A stretch of 64,000 bases of DNA from positions 640,001 through 704,000 of the forward strand of contig CAWAWS010000039.1 in NCBI GenBank assembly GCA_963785725.1. The letters run 5' to 3'. The position numbers and the translations under genes are program-made. This document shows, piece by piece, positions 8,658 through 17,397 of this stretch (position 1 is its first letter; each line of letters starts with the position of its first letter). A model generated the notes under the pieces. It was not told the origin of the DNA and ran no database searches. It saw nothing but the letters and a program-made list of their open reading frames with translations. This DNA is from an uncultured delta proteobacterium (GTDB taxonomy: Bacteria; Myxococcota_A; Polyangia; Palsa-1104).

Positions 8658-11600
8658 CTAGTGATGCCCCGCCAACCACGCGTTCGCCTCGGCCAGCAGC
8701 GGCGCGAGCCGCGCGCCGCCCTTGACGAACACGTCGCGCGCCTGCGTCGCCAGCGCCACCGCGCGCGGCCGATCGCCGGAGCCGAGCGCCTCGGCCAACG
8801 CCAGCCGCACCTCGGCCAGCTCGACGCCGTCGTCCGGCTCCGCCTCCCGCAGCGCCAGCGCGCGCTCGAGCGGCACCGTCGCCGCCGCCGCGTTGTGCCG
8901 CGCGATGTCGACGCGCCCGAGGCCGAGCAGCGCCGGCACCAGCTTCGCGCTCTTGGCGCCGTAAGCGGTCTCGAGAATCTTCAACGCGCGCTGAAAATCG
9001 TCGCGCGCCAGATCGAGCTTCCCGAGCAGCCGATGCGCCTTGCCGAGGCCCGCCAAGTTGGCGCCGCACTCGGCGTGCTGCGGCCCCAGCGCCTTGTCGC
9101 AGATCTCCTGCCCGCGCTGAAAGTCGCGCAGCGCGTCGCCATTGCGCCCCGAATCGAGCTCCGCCTGCGCGATGTTGCTGAGCGCGACCGCCGTTTCATA
9201 CGACGGCCCCAGCTTGACCTGCCAAATGTCGAGCGCGCGCCGATATTGCAGCAGCGCCGCGTCGGTGCGCCCGAGCGCGCGCAGCTCTTCGCCCATGTTG
9301 TTGTAGACCATCGGCAAGTTGGGATTGTCCGGCTGCAGGCGGCGAAAGTCGACGAGCGCGCGCTCGTACATCGCCAACGCGCGCTCGTGCTCGCCGCTCT
9401 CGCCGTAGACGTCGGCCATGCCGACCAGCGTCTTGGCCAAGTTGGGATGGTCGGGACCGAGCGCCGCCCGCTCGACGGCATAGGCGTGCTGATAGCTCTC
9501 GAGCGCCGCCGGATATTCGCCGCGCGCTTCGTGGATGTTGCCGAGCTGATGATAATCGGGCGCCAAGCTCAGCTGATCTGGCCCATAAAGCCGTCGCTCC
9601 AGCTCCAGCGCCGCGGTCGCGTCACGCAGCGAGTCGTCGAATTTACTCTCTCTTTCCCGCAATAATGATCGATTCGTGTAATAAGTTCCGAGCAGCTGAT
9701 CTTTGCGCTGCAGTCGATCGATGAGCGCATCGGCGACGGACGACCAGCGATCGCCGTCCTCGTAATGCGCCTGGCGCTCGCCGACCGACTGGATGAGATC
9801 GACGGCCGCCTCGGCCGCGGCTTCGTCGTGATGACCTTGCAGCGCGGCCACGAAGGCGCGATGCAGCGCGCTCGTCGACTCCGGGAAATCGCCGTGCTCG
9901 CCGAGCAGCCGGCCGAGGCGCAGCTGCGCTTCGGCTTCCAGCGGCGGATAATGCTGGGTCGTCTCGTCGGCGATGACGCGCTTGGCGACGGCGATTCCCT
10001 GCTCGTAGCGCGCGACGAGGTAGAGCGCGTTGGCCTGCGCCAGCGCGCCGCGCAGCGCCTCGACGCGCGCTTGCGTCGGCTTGTCGCGCGGCGGCTGCAT
10101 CGGCGCGCGCAGGGCCGCGGCGTCGGCGCAGGAGTCGAGCCCGGGGATCGCCTCCGCCGACTGCGCCGCGCGCTCGATGATCTTCTCGTCGGCGACGGCG
10201 TACAGATCGGACAGCGTCTTGAGCTGCATGCGCCGATCTTCCAAGCAGCTCATGCGGAGATCGAGCAGCTCTTCGGACTGCTCGCGGCGCACGTTGGTCG
10301 CCTCGCAGGCGTCGATGTGCATCGCGACCCAGGCGTGCGTGTACGCGTCGAAGACGTGCTCGACCGTCGCGAACACCGTGCGCGCGTAGGACTTGCCGCT
10401 GTCGAGGAACGTCGTGCGAATGGCGGCGCGGCGCGGCGCGTCCCAAATGCCGGCGAGCTTGGCTTCGGCGCCGGCGCAGGCGTGGATCTCGCGCTTCTGC
10501 GCGCCGCGCCAGCCGAACACGGCGACGAGCGCGACGGCCACGCCGAGCAGCGCCAGCCAGCGATTGCGGCGCGTCAGGCTGGGATCGGCGCGCAGCGCGG
10601 CCAAGAGCGCGTCCATCGACGGATAGCGCTGATCGGGCGCCGTCGAGAGGCCGCGCAGCAGCACCTTTTGCAGCCAGCGCGGCATGCGGCTCGTTGGTGG
10701 CAGCTCGCGCATCGTGCCCGCGAGGACGTTGCGATCGAGCTCCTCGATGGAGTCGCCCGGGAACGGGAATTGGCCGGCGAGCGCTTCGTAGAGCGACAGG
10801 CAGAAGCTGAACTGATCGGCGCGCTCGTCGACGGCGATGCCTTGGCGCTGCTCGGGTGCCATGAAGCGCGGCGTGCCCATGATCGAGCCGGCGCGCGTCA
10901 GGTTCGTGCGCAGCCGATCGACGGCGCCGCTCAACGACGGATCGGGCCGCGACGTCGCCGTCGACGGCAGCTCGGGCGCGTGCACGGTCGGTCGCGAGCG
11001 CGCCGAGCGCGGCATGGGCGCGACCGGCGGGCTCGCATCGGTCGCGCTCGCCGCCGCGACGTCGCCGGCCGCATGCTCGTTTGCGCCGGCCGCGGCCGCG
11101 CCGGCTTTGCCCGCGGCATTCGGCCCGCTCGCGACGCCGGCCGCGGCCTGCGCCGCGTCCAAACCGCCAGGCAGTGCGCTCGCCTCACCGTGGTTCGCCG
11201 CATCGGTCGCGTCTGCTGCGGCAGGGGTCGCGTTGGGCGCGCGATCGGCGGCGGTTTGCGCGAGCGTGCCGTGCGCGGCGGGCTTGTCGTCGGCGGTGAC
11301 GGCGTCGTCGCGACGTCGCTGCGGCGCGGCTTCGGCCGCGGCGCCCTCCGCCGGCGCGGCTTCGGCGGCTGCGGCTTCGGCCGCGCTCTTGGCGGCCTCT
11401 TCTTCGCCGATGGCAGTGCGCGCGAGCCCGAAGTCGAGGACGCGCACGCGGCCGTCGTGCCCGACGATGACGTTGTCGGGCTTGAAGTCGCGATGGACGA
11501 GCCCGGCGCGATGGGCGGCGCTCAAGCCTTCGCCGGCCGCCAAAAACACGGCCAAGATCTCGGCCTGGCTGCGCGCGGCGCTCGTCAGCCAGCGGCGCAG

Positions 11601-11948
11601 CGACGTGCCGTCGACGAACTCCATGGCGATGAAGACGTCGTCGTCGAAGGTGCCGACGTCGTGGACGGCGATGACGTTGGGATGCGACAGCCGCGCCAAC
11701 GCCTGCGCTTCGCGGAGGAGCCGGCCGCGCAAGACGTCGTTGGCGTCGCTGCGCGTGTTGAGGAGCTTGAGCGCGATGGGACGGCCGAGCTCGGGGTCGA
11801 ACGCCTTGTAGACGACGCCCATGCCGCCTTGGCCCAGCTTGTCGACGATGAGGTAGCGGTCGACGACGGCGCCGCGCGCGAGCGGCGCTCGCGGCAGGCG
11901 AACCCGACTGGCGTCGACGGTCGAACCCGTTGCGTCGTCGTGTTTCAC
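8658..11948 (-). CDS. Hanks-type Ser/Thr kinase with TM and C-terminal TPR repeats
   Basis: LGQGGMGVVY, ALK, HRDFKPDN, DFG, GTPRFMAPE. Then TM, a Cys-containing juxtamembrane domain and kinesin-light-chain-like TPRs (ALGPDHP). Confidence 0.95.
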   Translation of the reverse strand: MKHDDATGSTVDASRVRLPRAPLARGAVVDRYLIVDKLGQGGMGVVYKAFDPELGRPIALKLLNTRSDANDVLRGRLLREAQALARLSHPNVIAVHDVGTFDDDVFIAMEFVDGTSLRRWLTSAARSQAEILAVFLAAGEGLSAAHRAGLVHRDFKPDNVIVGHDGRVRVLDFGLARTAIGEEEAAKSAAEAAAAEAAPAEGAAAEAAPQRRRDDAVTADDKPAAHGTLAQTAADRAPNATPAAADATDAANHGEASALPGGLDAAQAAAGVASGPNAAGKAGAAAAGANEHAAGDVAAASATDASPPVAPMPRSARSRPTVHAPELPSTATSRPDPSLSGAVDRLRTNLTRAGSIMGTPRFMAPEQRQGIAVDERADQFSFCLSLYEALAGQFPFPGDSIEELDRNVLAGTMRELPPTSRMPRWLQKVLLRGLSTAPDQRYPSMDALLAALRADPSLTRRNRWLALLGVAVALVAVFGWRGAQKREIHACAGAEAKLAGIWDAPRRAAIRTTFLDSGKSYARTVFATVEHVFDAYTHAWVAMHIDACEATNVRREQSEELLDLRMSCLEDRRMQLKTLSDLYAVADEKIIERAAQSAEAIPGLDSCADAAALRAPMQPPRDKPTQARVEALRGALAQANALYLVARYEQGIAVAKRVIADETTQHYPPLEAEAQLRLGRLLGEHGDFPESTSALHRAFVAALQGHHDEAAAEAAVDLIQSVGERQAHYEDGDRWSSVADALIDRLQRKDQLLGTYYTNRSLLRERESKFDDSLRDATAALELERRLYGPDQLSLAPDYHQLGNIHEARGEYPAALESYQHAYAVERAALGPDHPNLAKTLVGMADVYGESGEHERALAMYERALVDFRRLQPDNPNLPMVYNNMGEELRALGRTDAALLQYRRALDIWQVKLGPSYETAVALSNIAQAELDSGRNGDALRDFQRGQEICDKALGPQHAECGANLAGLGKAHRLLGKLDLARDDFQRALKILETAYGAKSAKLVPALLGLGRVDIARHNAAAATVPLERALALREAEPDDGVELAEVRLALAEALGSGDRPRAVALATQARDVFVKGGARLAPLLAEANAWLAGHH

Positions 11949-12068
11949 GGCAGTTTGGTGCCCGCTTCGTCGTCACGCACAGGCACGGGCGCTTCAGAAT
12001 AACGCATTTTGCCGCGTCGCCATAGCCACGTCAGCCGCGGCAGAGGCGCGCGTCGGACGGCGGTGAAG

Positions 12069-13700
12069 TCAGTCGACGATGAGGTCGAACTCTTCCCACG
12101 TGCCGATCGCGGTGCGGTTGGCGATGAGCGGCGAGGCGCCGGCGTTCTCGGCCGTGACGTAGTCGTTGTCGTCGAGCGCGCGCAACGAGATGCTGCCGTC
12201 GCCGTTGTGGATGAGCTGGAACGTCTCCCACAAGCCGATGGCGGTGCGATTGGCGATCAGCGCCGCCGTGCCGTCGCTCTCGGCGGTGACGTACAAGTTG
12301 TTGGCGTGCGCGCGCAACGCGATGTTGCCGTTGCCCTGGTCGAGCTCGTCGAACATTTCCCAGGTGCCGATGGCGGTGCGATTGGCGATGAGCGACGCCG
12401 CGCCCGCGTTCTCGGCGGTGACGTACTTGCCGTTGGCGTGCGCGCGCAAGCTGATGACGGGCGCGGCTGGCGGCGGCGGCGTTGTCGTCGCCGAGAAGAT
12501 CGTCAGATCGACGGCGTTGGCGATCGCCTGTAATCCGGCTTCATTGGGGTGCAAATGATCGCCGCTGTCATAAGCGGGAAGATAAGCCTCGATATTGGCC
12601 GGATCGTGCGTGGCCGTATCCTGGTCGACGATGGCGTCACAACCGCTCGAGGAGCCGCGAATGAAGGCATTGATGGCTTCACGACCATTCTCGCCATTTT
12701 GAGTCCAATAGCCGGCGCCCTTGAACGGCGTCAGTGTCGAGCACAAGAACAATAAGCCGTCTTGATGCGCGCTGTTGATCAGCTGTTGAATGCCGGCGAT
12801 GAGCGCGCCCGAGTTGTAATCGCCGCCGCCCAAGTCGTTGATGGGATCGTCGGAGAAGATGACCCACTTGACGCCCGGCTGTGACAAAACGTCGCGGCTG
12901 AAGCGATTGATTGCACTTTGACCGGCGCCGTCTTGTAAGAGGTCATTGCCGCTGATGCCTTGGTTGAGCACGCCGACCGTGCGGCCGGAGTTGACGAGCC
13001 GGGTGGCCAAGTCGTTGGGCCAGCGGCGGTTGTCGTCGGTGTTGGAGCCGACGCCGTCGGTGATGGAGGCGCCCAGCGTCACCACCGCGCCCAACGCCGC
13101 CGCGTTCTGCACGTCGAGGTTGGTGAGGAAGAAGTAGCTGCCGGCGGTCGACGGGTTGGTCAGCGTCGCGTTGCCGGCGACATCCCCCGACGCGTAATAG
13201 ATCGTGGCTGTGCCTTGCTGATGAAACGTCGCGGCGCCGGTGGATTGCGGCAAATAGAAGCTGACGGCGACGTCGGAGAGCGCGGCGACCGGGAACGCGA
13301 CCGAGTCGCTGACGCCGATGGCGCCGGCGGCGATCGTCGTCGAGGTGGCGCCGCCGAAGGTCACGACCTTGTCGCTGCTCGCGTTCACCGACGCGCCGCC
13401 GGTCGCCGCTCGCTGCGCGATGTGCACGTCGGAGACGACGATCGCTTGGCTGCCGAAGACGTTGGAGATCTGCACGCGCGCCGCCGTGCCCGAAATGCTC
13501 GTGTGCACGACTTGGCGCAGCGTCTGATTGTTGAAGGTGTTGCCGCCGCTCTGCGGCGAAACCGCCCAGGTGCCGACCCAGCCGCCGCTGGCGGCCGCGG
13601 TCTCGGCTTGTGTCGTCGCGGTGACGTCGCCGCCGGCGGAACAGCCGAGCAGCGAGACGATGAGGACGAGGCCGATGCGCCTTCCGATTCGTACGGACAT
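12069..13700 (-). CDS. SGNH/GDSL hydrolase lipoprotein with C-terminal fascin-like beta-trefoil
   Basis: Lipobox LLGC; WVGTW, LGASITDG, NQGISGN, DSGDHLHPN; three repeats of ISLRAHAN.KYVTAE..G...LIANRTAIG.WE.F. AAGGAG RBS. Confidence 0.9.
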   Translation of the reverse strand: MSVRIGRRIGLVLIVSLLGCSAGGDVTATTQAETAAASGGWVGTWAVSPQSGGNTFNNQTLRQVVHTSISGTAARVQISNVFGSQAIVVSDVHIAQRAATGGASVNASSDKVVTFGGATSTTIAAGAIGVSDSVAFPVAALSDVAVSFYLPQSTGAATFHQQGTATIYYASGDVAGNATLTNPSTAGSYFFLTNLDVQNAAALGAVVTLGASITDGVGSNTDDNRRWPNDLATRLVNSGRTVGVLNQGISGNDLLQDGAGQSAINRFSRDVLSQPGVKWVIFSDDPINDLGGGDYNSGALIAGIQQLINSAHQDGLLFLCSTLTPFKGAGYWTQNGENGREAINAFIRGSSSGCDAIVDQDTATHDPANIEAYLPAYDSGDHLHPNEAGLQAIANAVDLTIFSATTTPPPPAAPVISLRAHANGKYVTAENAGAASLIANRTAIGTWEMFDELDQGNGNIALRAHANNLYVTAESDGTAALIANRTAIGLWETFQLIHNGDGSISLRALDDNDYVTAENAGASPLIANRTAIGTWEEFDLIVD

Positions 13701-13934
13701 TGCGGCTCCTTTGCTTAACGTAGGGCGTTTCTAAGGGCTGAATGAGCGCCGACAACTCGCGTGTATCCGCGTAGAGACAGTCACCGCGCGATATCGGTGC
13801 AATCGTCATCAGCGACGGTAAATCGGCGCGCAGCTTCATTTTGGCGCACCGCCCCTCATTATTGTTTGATGGCGAATCGGATGCGACTACAGATAATGAA
13901 TATCGCGCGCAGCTTGTCGCGCTTGGGGGACGTG

Positions 13935-14621
13935 ATGTTCATTCGCAGCGTGGGATTGCTGGCGCTGTGGCTCGTCTCCGGTTGTGCCTCCGTCGATCCG
14001 GCGCCGCACGCGCCGGCGGGCGCCGACCTGGCGTCGACCGAGCTCGACGTCGACGATTTGGGCACGACGCCGCCGCCACCGCCGCCGACGAAGCTGGTCG
14101 ACATGACCGTGACCATGCCGGCGCCGACGCCGGCCGATATGGCGCAGGTCGCGCTCGACATGACGCATCCGCAGGATTTGGGGCCGTTTCCCGCGGGGCA
14201 GTTCTACGACATCTCGGTCAAGAGCGACGGGCAGCTCATGAGCGTTCGCAATCAGTCGACGCTGAACGGCTCGGTGACCGAGGAGCAGCCGGCGCACGGC
14301 ACGCCCGACCAGCGCTGGACCTTGCAGCTCGCCGACAGCGGCTACCGCATCATCAACGGCCAGAGCGGCACCTGCCTCGACGTGGCCGGCTCGTCGACGG
14401 CGGACGGCGCAGCGACGGGAATCTACACCTGCAGCGCGTCGCTCAGCCAGCAATGGACGCCCACGCTGGTCGCCGGCACGAGCTACTACACGCTCGTCAA
14501 CGTCAACAGCAAGAGCTGTATCGACTTGGACAACGCCGGCACGACGCCGGGCACGCAGATCTTCCAGTATCACTGTAACGGCGGCGATAATCAGAAGTGG
14601 CTATTTACGCCCGTCCAGTAA
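13935..14621 (+). CDS. RICIN B-type lectin domain lipoprotein
   Basis: Lipobox VSGC, Pro/Asp linker, three QxW repeats (DQRW, SQQW, NQKW), CLDV and CIDL. Confidence 0.88.
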   Translation: MFIRSVGLLALWLVSGCASVDPAPHAPAGADLASTELDVDDLGTTPPPPPPTKLVDMTVTMPAPTPADMAQVALDMTHPQDLGPFPAGQFYDISVKSDGQLMSVRNQSTLNGSVTEEQPAHGTPDQRWTLQLADSGYRIINGQSGTCLDVAGSSTADGAATGIYTCSASLSQQWTPTLVAGTSYYTLVNVNSKSCIDLDNAGTTPGTQIFQYHCNGGDNQKWLFTPVQ

Positions 14622-14840
14622 TCGATATTCGATCGCATGAATTCGATATCGAAACGATTGCGACGCAGAAAAAGCAGACAAAAGTCGAATTGTTGTAACG
14701 TTTATCGCTCGCGATGAGCGACTCGCAGGTCGGGGACTAGGGCGGCGGCGATGAGCCGCCCGCGCGTGGCGGCCGCTGATTCGCCGGCCGGGTGGGTTGG
14801 GCAGTTGACTCGGCGGCGGCGGCCGGCGCAGATGGAGCGC

Positions 14841-15260
14841 ATGTGGCGCGGGTTTGTCGTCATCCTGCTATTTCAGCTCGGCGGTGAGCTGCTGGCGCGC
14901 GCCGGCGTGCCGGTGCCGGCTCCGGTGCTCGGCATGGCGGCGCTGCTGGCGTGGCTGATGGCGCGACGGTCGGCGCCGCGCGGTCTCGACGACGCGTCGG
15001 GGCTCTTGTTGCGGCATTTGGCGCTGTTCTTCGTGCCGGCGGCGGCGGGCGCGTTCTATCTCGCGCCGCGGCTGGCGGGTGAGGCGGTGCCGATTGTCGT
15101 CGCCGTCGTCGTCAGCACGCTGGTCGGGCTCGTCGTCGCCGGCTTCGTGTTTCAGTGGGTCGCCAAGCGGCGGCGGCCTGACGGTGATGGCGGCGCTGCG
15201 AGCGCGAGCGCGGATGAGCGCGCCGGGCGATGGCGGCGCCGCGAGCGGGAGCGCGGATGA
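14841..15260 (+). CDS. CidA/LrgA-family holin-like membrane protein
   Basis: ILLFQLGGE, PVPAPVLGM, LLRHLALFFVPAAAG. The C-terminal tail is encoded by the downstream tandem repeat. Confidence 0.88.
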   Translation: MWRGFVVILLFQLGGELLARAGVPVPAPVLGMAALLAWLMARRSAPRGLDDASGLLLRHLALFFVPAAAGAFYLAPRLAGEAVPIVVAVVVSTLVGLVVAGFVFQWVAKRRRPDGDGGAASASADERAGRWRRRERERG

Positions 15261-15440
15261 GCGCGCCGGGCGATGGCGGCGCTGCGAGCGTGGAGCGCGG
15301 ATGAGCGCGGCGGGCGAGGGTGGCGCCGCGAGCGTGGAGTGCGGATGAGCGCGCCGGGCGATGGCGGCGCCGCGAGCGGGAGCGCGGATGAGCGCGCCGG
15401 GCGATGGCGGCGCCGCGACGGTGGAGCGCGGATGAGCGCG
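15186..15440 (+). repeat. Tandem repeat, about 6 units of 43-44 bp
   Basis: Unit GATGGCGGCGCYGCGAGCG(T)GGAGCGCGGATGAGCGCGCCGGGC starting at 15186, 15229, 15272, 15316, 15360 and 15403 (last one partial). Confidence 0.92.
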
Positions 15441-15523
15441 TCCGATCTGCGTAAGCGATCGCGCGCGCCGCGGACGTCGTGCGTGCCTTGGCCGACGCTG
15501 ACTTCGCGGCGAATTCGCCAGCG

Positions 15524-16255
15524 ATGATGCCCGCGCTCGCGACCGTCATAGCGTCGATCGATCGCGCGCTCGTCCTGCGCACGCTCGGCTGGTGCGCGCT
15601 GACGACCGCCATCTACGCCGGCGCGCGCGTCCTTCAGGTGCGCGGCAAGAATCACCCGCTGCTCAACGGCGCGCTGGTGACGTCGCTGGCGATCGTCGCG
15701 GTCGTGCGCGCCTGCGCGGTGCCGTGGGATCATTATCGCGCGGCGACGCGTCCGCTCGCGTTCCTCTTGGGTCCGGCGACGGTGGCGTTCGCCGTGCCCG
15801 TCTATCGCCGCTTGGCCGAGCTGAAGCGGGCGCTGGCGCCGGCGTTGCTGGCGATCGCCGCCGGCTCGCTCGCGGCCGCGGCCAGCGCGATGGCGCTCGG
15901 GCGGGCGCTCGGTGGCTCGACGTTGGTCGTGCGCTCGCTCGCGGCCAAGTCGGTGACGACACCCATCGCGATGGCGGTCTCGGCGTCGGTCGGCGGTAGC
16001 CCCGAGCTCACGGCTGGGTTCGTCATTTTCACCGGCATGGTCGGCGCGCTGGCGGTGCCGGGGCTGTTCGTCGTCTGCGGCATCGAGGATCGGCGGGCGC
16101 GCGGGCTCGCCATCGGCATCGCGGCGCACGGCTTCGGCACGGCGCGCGCGTTGGTGCTGGGCGAAGTCGAAGGCGTATTCTCGATATTGGGAATGGGGCT
16201 GTCCGGTCTATTCGTGCCCGTATTCATCCCCTGGTTGGTCGCGCTCTTCTTCTAG
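15524..16255 (+). CDS. LrgB/CidB-family membrane protein
   Basis: LLGPATVAFAVPVY, SLAAKSVTTPIAM, ARGLAIGIAAHGFGTARA. Start uncertain (15479-15527). Confidence 0.9.
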   Translation: MMPALATVIASIDRALVLRTLGWCALTTAIYAGARVLQVRGKNHPLLNGALVTSLAIVAVVRACAVPWDHYRAATRPLAFLLGPATVAFAVPVYRRLAELKRALAPALLAIAAGSLAAAASAMALGRALGGSTLVVRSLAAKSVTTPIAMAVSASVGGSPELTAGFVIFTGMVGALAVPGLFVVCGIEDRRARGLAIGIAAHGFGTARALVLGEVEGVFSILGMGLSGLFVPVFIPWLVALFF

Positions 16256-16264
16256 GAGAATCGA

Positions 16265-16545
16265 CTGAAGTGATAGAAATATTTCTATCACTTCAGCTCT
16301 CGAATCTCGGGGCTTATCTCGGTGAGTCTTGAGCCGAAGTGATAGAAATATTTCCATCACTTCGTTTTGAACACGTCTCGCCGAGTCTTGGCTACTACCT
16401 GATAGAGATATTTCACTTCAGCTCTCAAGTCTCGAGCTTATCTCGGTGAATCTTGATGACCAAGTAATAGAAATATTTCTATCACTTGGTTTTCCGGCGG
16501 TCCCGCCGAATCCTGGGTTCCAGTGATAGAAATACTTCTATCACT
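16265..16545. repeat. Intergenic array of five AT-rich palindromes (core GTGATAGAAATATTTCTATCAC)
   Basis: Copies at 16265-96 (perfect 32-bp palindrome), 16335-64, about 16399-421 (deleted form), 16459-90 and 16522-45. Period 59-69 bp, between convergent lrgB and tetR. Confidence 0.92.
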
Positions 16546-16597
16546 TCGATTTCGAAGCTGCCGGCGGCGCGAATGTCGTCGACGGAACCTGCGGTCG

Positions 16598-17305
16598 TCA
16601 GCGGATTCTGCGCGGCCGCGACTTCTGCTTACGCGTCTTCGCCCCCGCCGTTTTCGTCGCCTCCGCTCTCGCCGCCTCCGCTCTCACCGGCTGCGGCCAC
16701 GCCTGCACCGCCGCGGCAGCGACGGCCAGCAGACGCTGCCGCGACGCTCCGTCGCGCGCCTGAATCGACATGCCCTCGAACACGGTCATATAAAACGACG
16801 CCAAGCCCGCGATGTCGCAATCGGCCGGCAACTCGCCATCGCTGCGCGCGCGCGCCAGCCGATCGGCGATCGCCGCCTCCGACGCGCGCCGGTAGCTCGC
16901 CAACGCCGCCTGCACCCGCGCCGCCGCCGCGCTACAGCTCAGCGCCGCCAAGATCAGCATGCAGCCGGCCGGATGGCTGGCGTTCGTCAGCTCGCGCGCC
17001 GTCGCCTGCAGCATCTCCGCGATCGCCTCGCGCCCGTCGACGGTCGTCTGCAGCACGCATTCGCCCGTCCCGCCCGGAAGCGCGCGATAGCGGTCCACCG
17101 CCGCCAAAAACAGCTGCTCCTTGTCGCCGAACGCGGCGTACAGGCTCGGCGGCGCGATCTGCATGGCCGTCGTCAGATCCTGCAGTGACGTCGCCTCGTA
17201 GCCGTGGCGCCAAAAGACGAGCATCGCCGCCTCCAGCGCCCGGTCGCGATCGAACGTGCGCGGACGCCCGCGTGTCTTGCCAGCGACGGCATCCGTCTTT
17301 TCCAT
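16598..17305 (-). CDS. TetR/AcrR-family regulator (ComR/BdcR-like)
   Basis: RGRPRTFDRDRALEAAMLVFWRHGYEATSL, PPSLYAAFGDKEQLF, GCM, ARSDGEL, GMSIQARDG. Confidence 0.92.
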   Translation of the reverse strand: MEKTDAVAGKTRGRPRTFDRDRALEAAMLVFWRHGYEATSLQDLTTAMQIAPPSLYAAFGDKEQLFLAAVDRYRALPGGTGECVLQTTVDGREAIAEMLQATARELTNASHPAGCMLILAALSCSAAAARVQAALASYRRASEAAIADRLARARSDGELPADCDIAGLASFYMTVFEGMSIQARDGASRQRLLAVAAAAVQAWPQPVRAEAARAEATKTAGAKTRKQKSRPRRIR

Positions 17306-17386
17306 AGCGATCAATACATAATTCACTGGACGCCGCGCCGCAAGCTGTTAGATCCATCTGGCGATTGTTTATCGATCGCTACAGAA
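17300..17386. promoter_or_regulatory. Pair of putative TetR operators in the divergent tetR/SDR promoter
   Basis: TTCCATAGCGATCAATACATAA (17300-21, overlaps the tetR start) and TTGTTTATCGATCGCTACAGAA (17365-86) are related imperfect dyads. Confidence 0.65.
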
Positions 17387-17397
17387 AGGCGGTCAAC

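Noticed and set aside
13890..13910. Fur box (GATAATGAATATC)
   Set aside because: Only a half-site match, and no iron-related genes are adjacent.
16265..16296. Resemblance to tetO, CRP or parS sites
   Set aside because: The TGATAG/CTATCA halves are in the opposite order to tetO, the spacing does not fit CRP TGTGA-N6-TCACA, and there is no match to parS. The neighbouring TetR has its own different candidate operators.
16265..16545. Calling the palindrome array a CRISPR
   Set aside because: Spacers are homologous to each other, the repeats are degenerate end-to-end palindromes, and no cas gene or leader is visible in the window.
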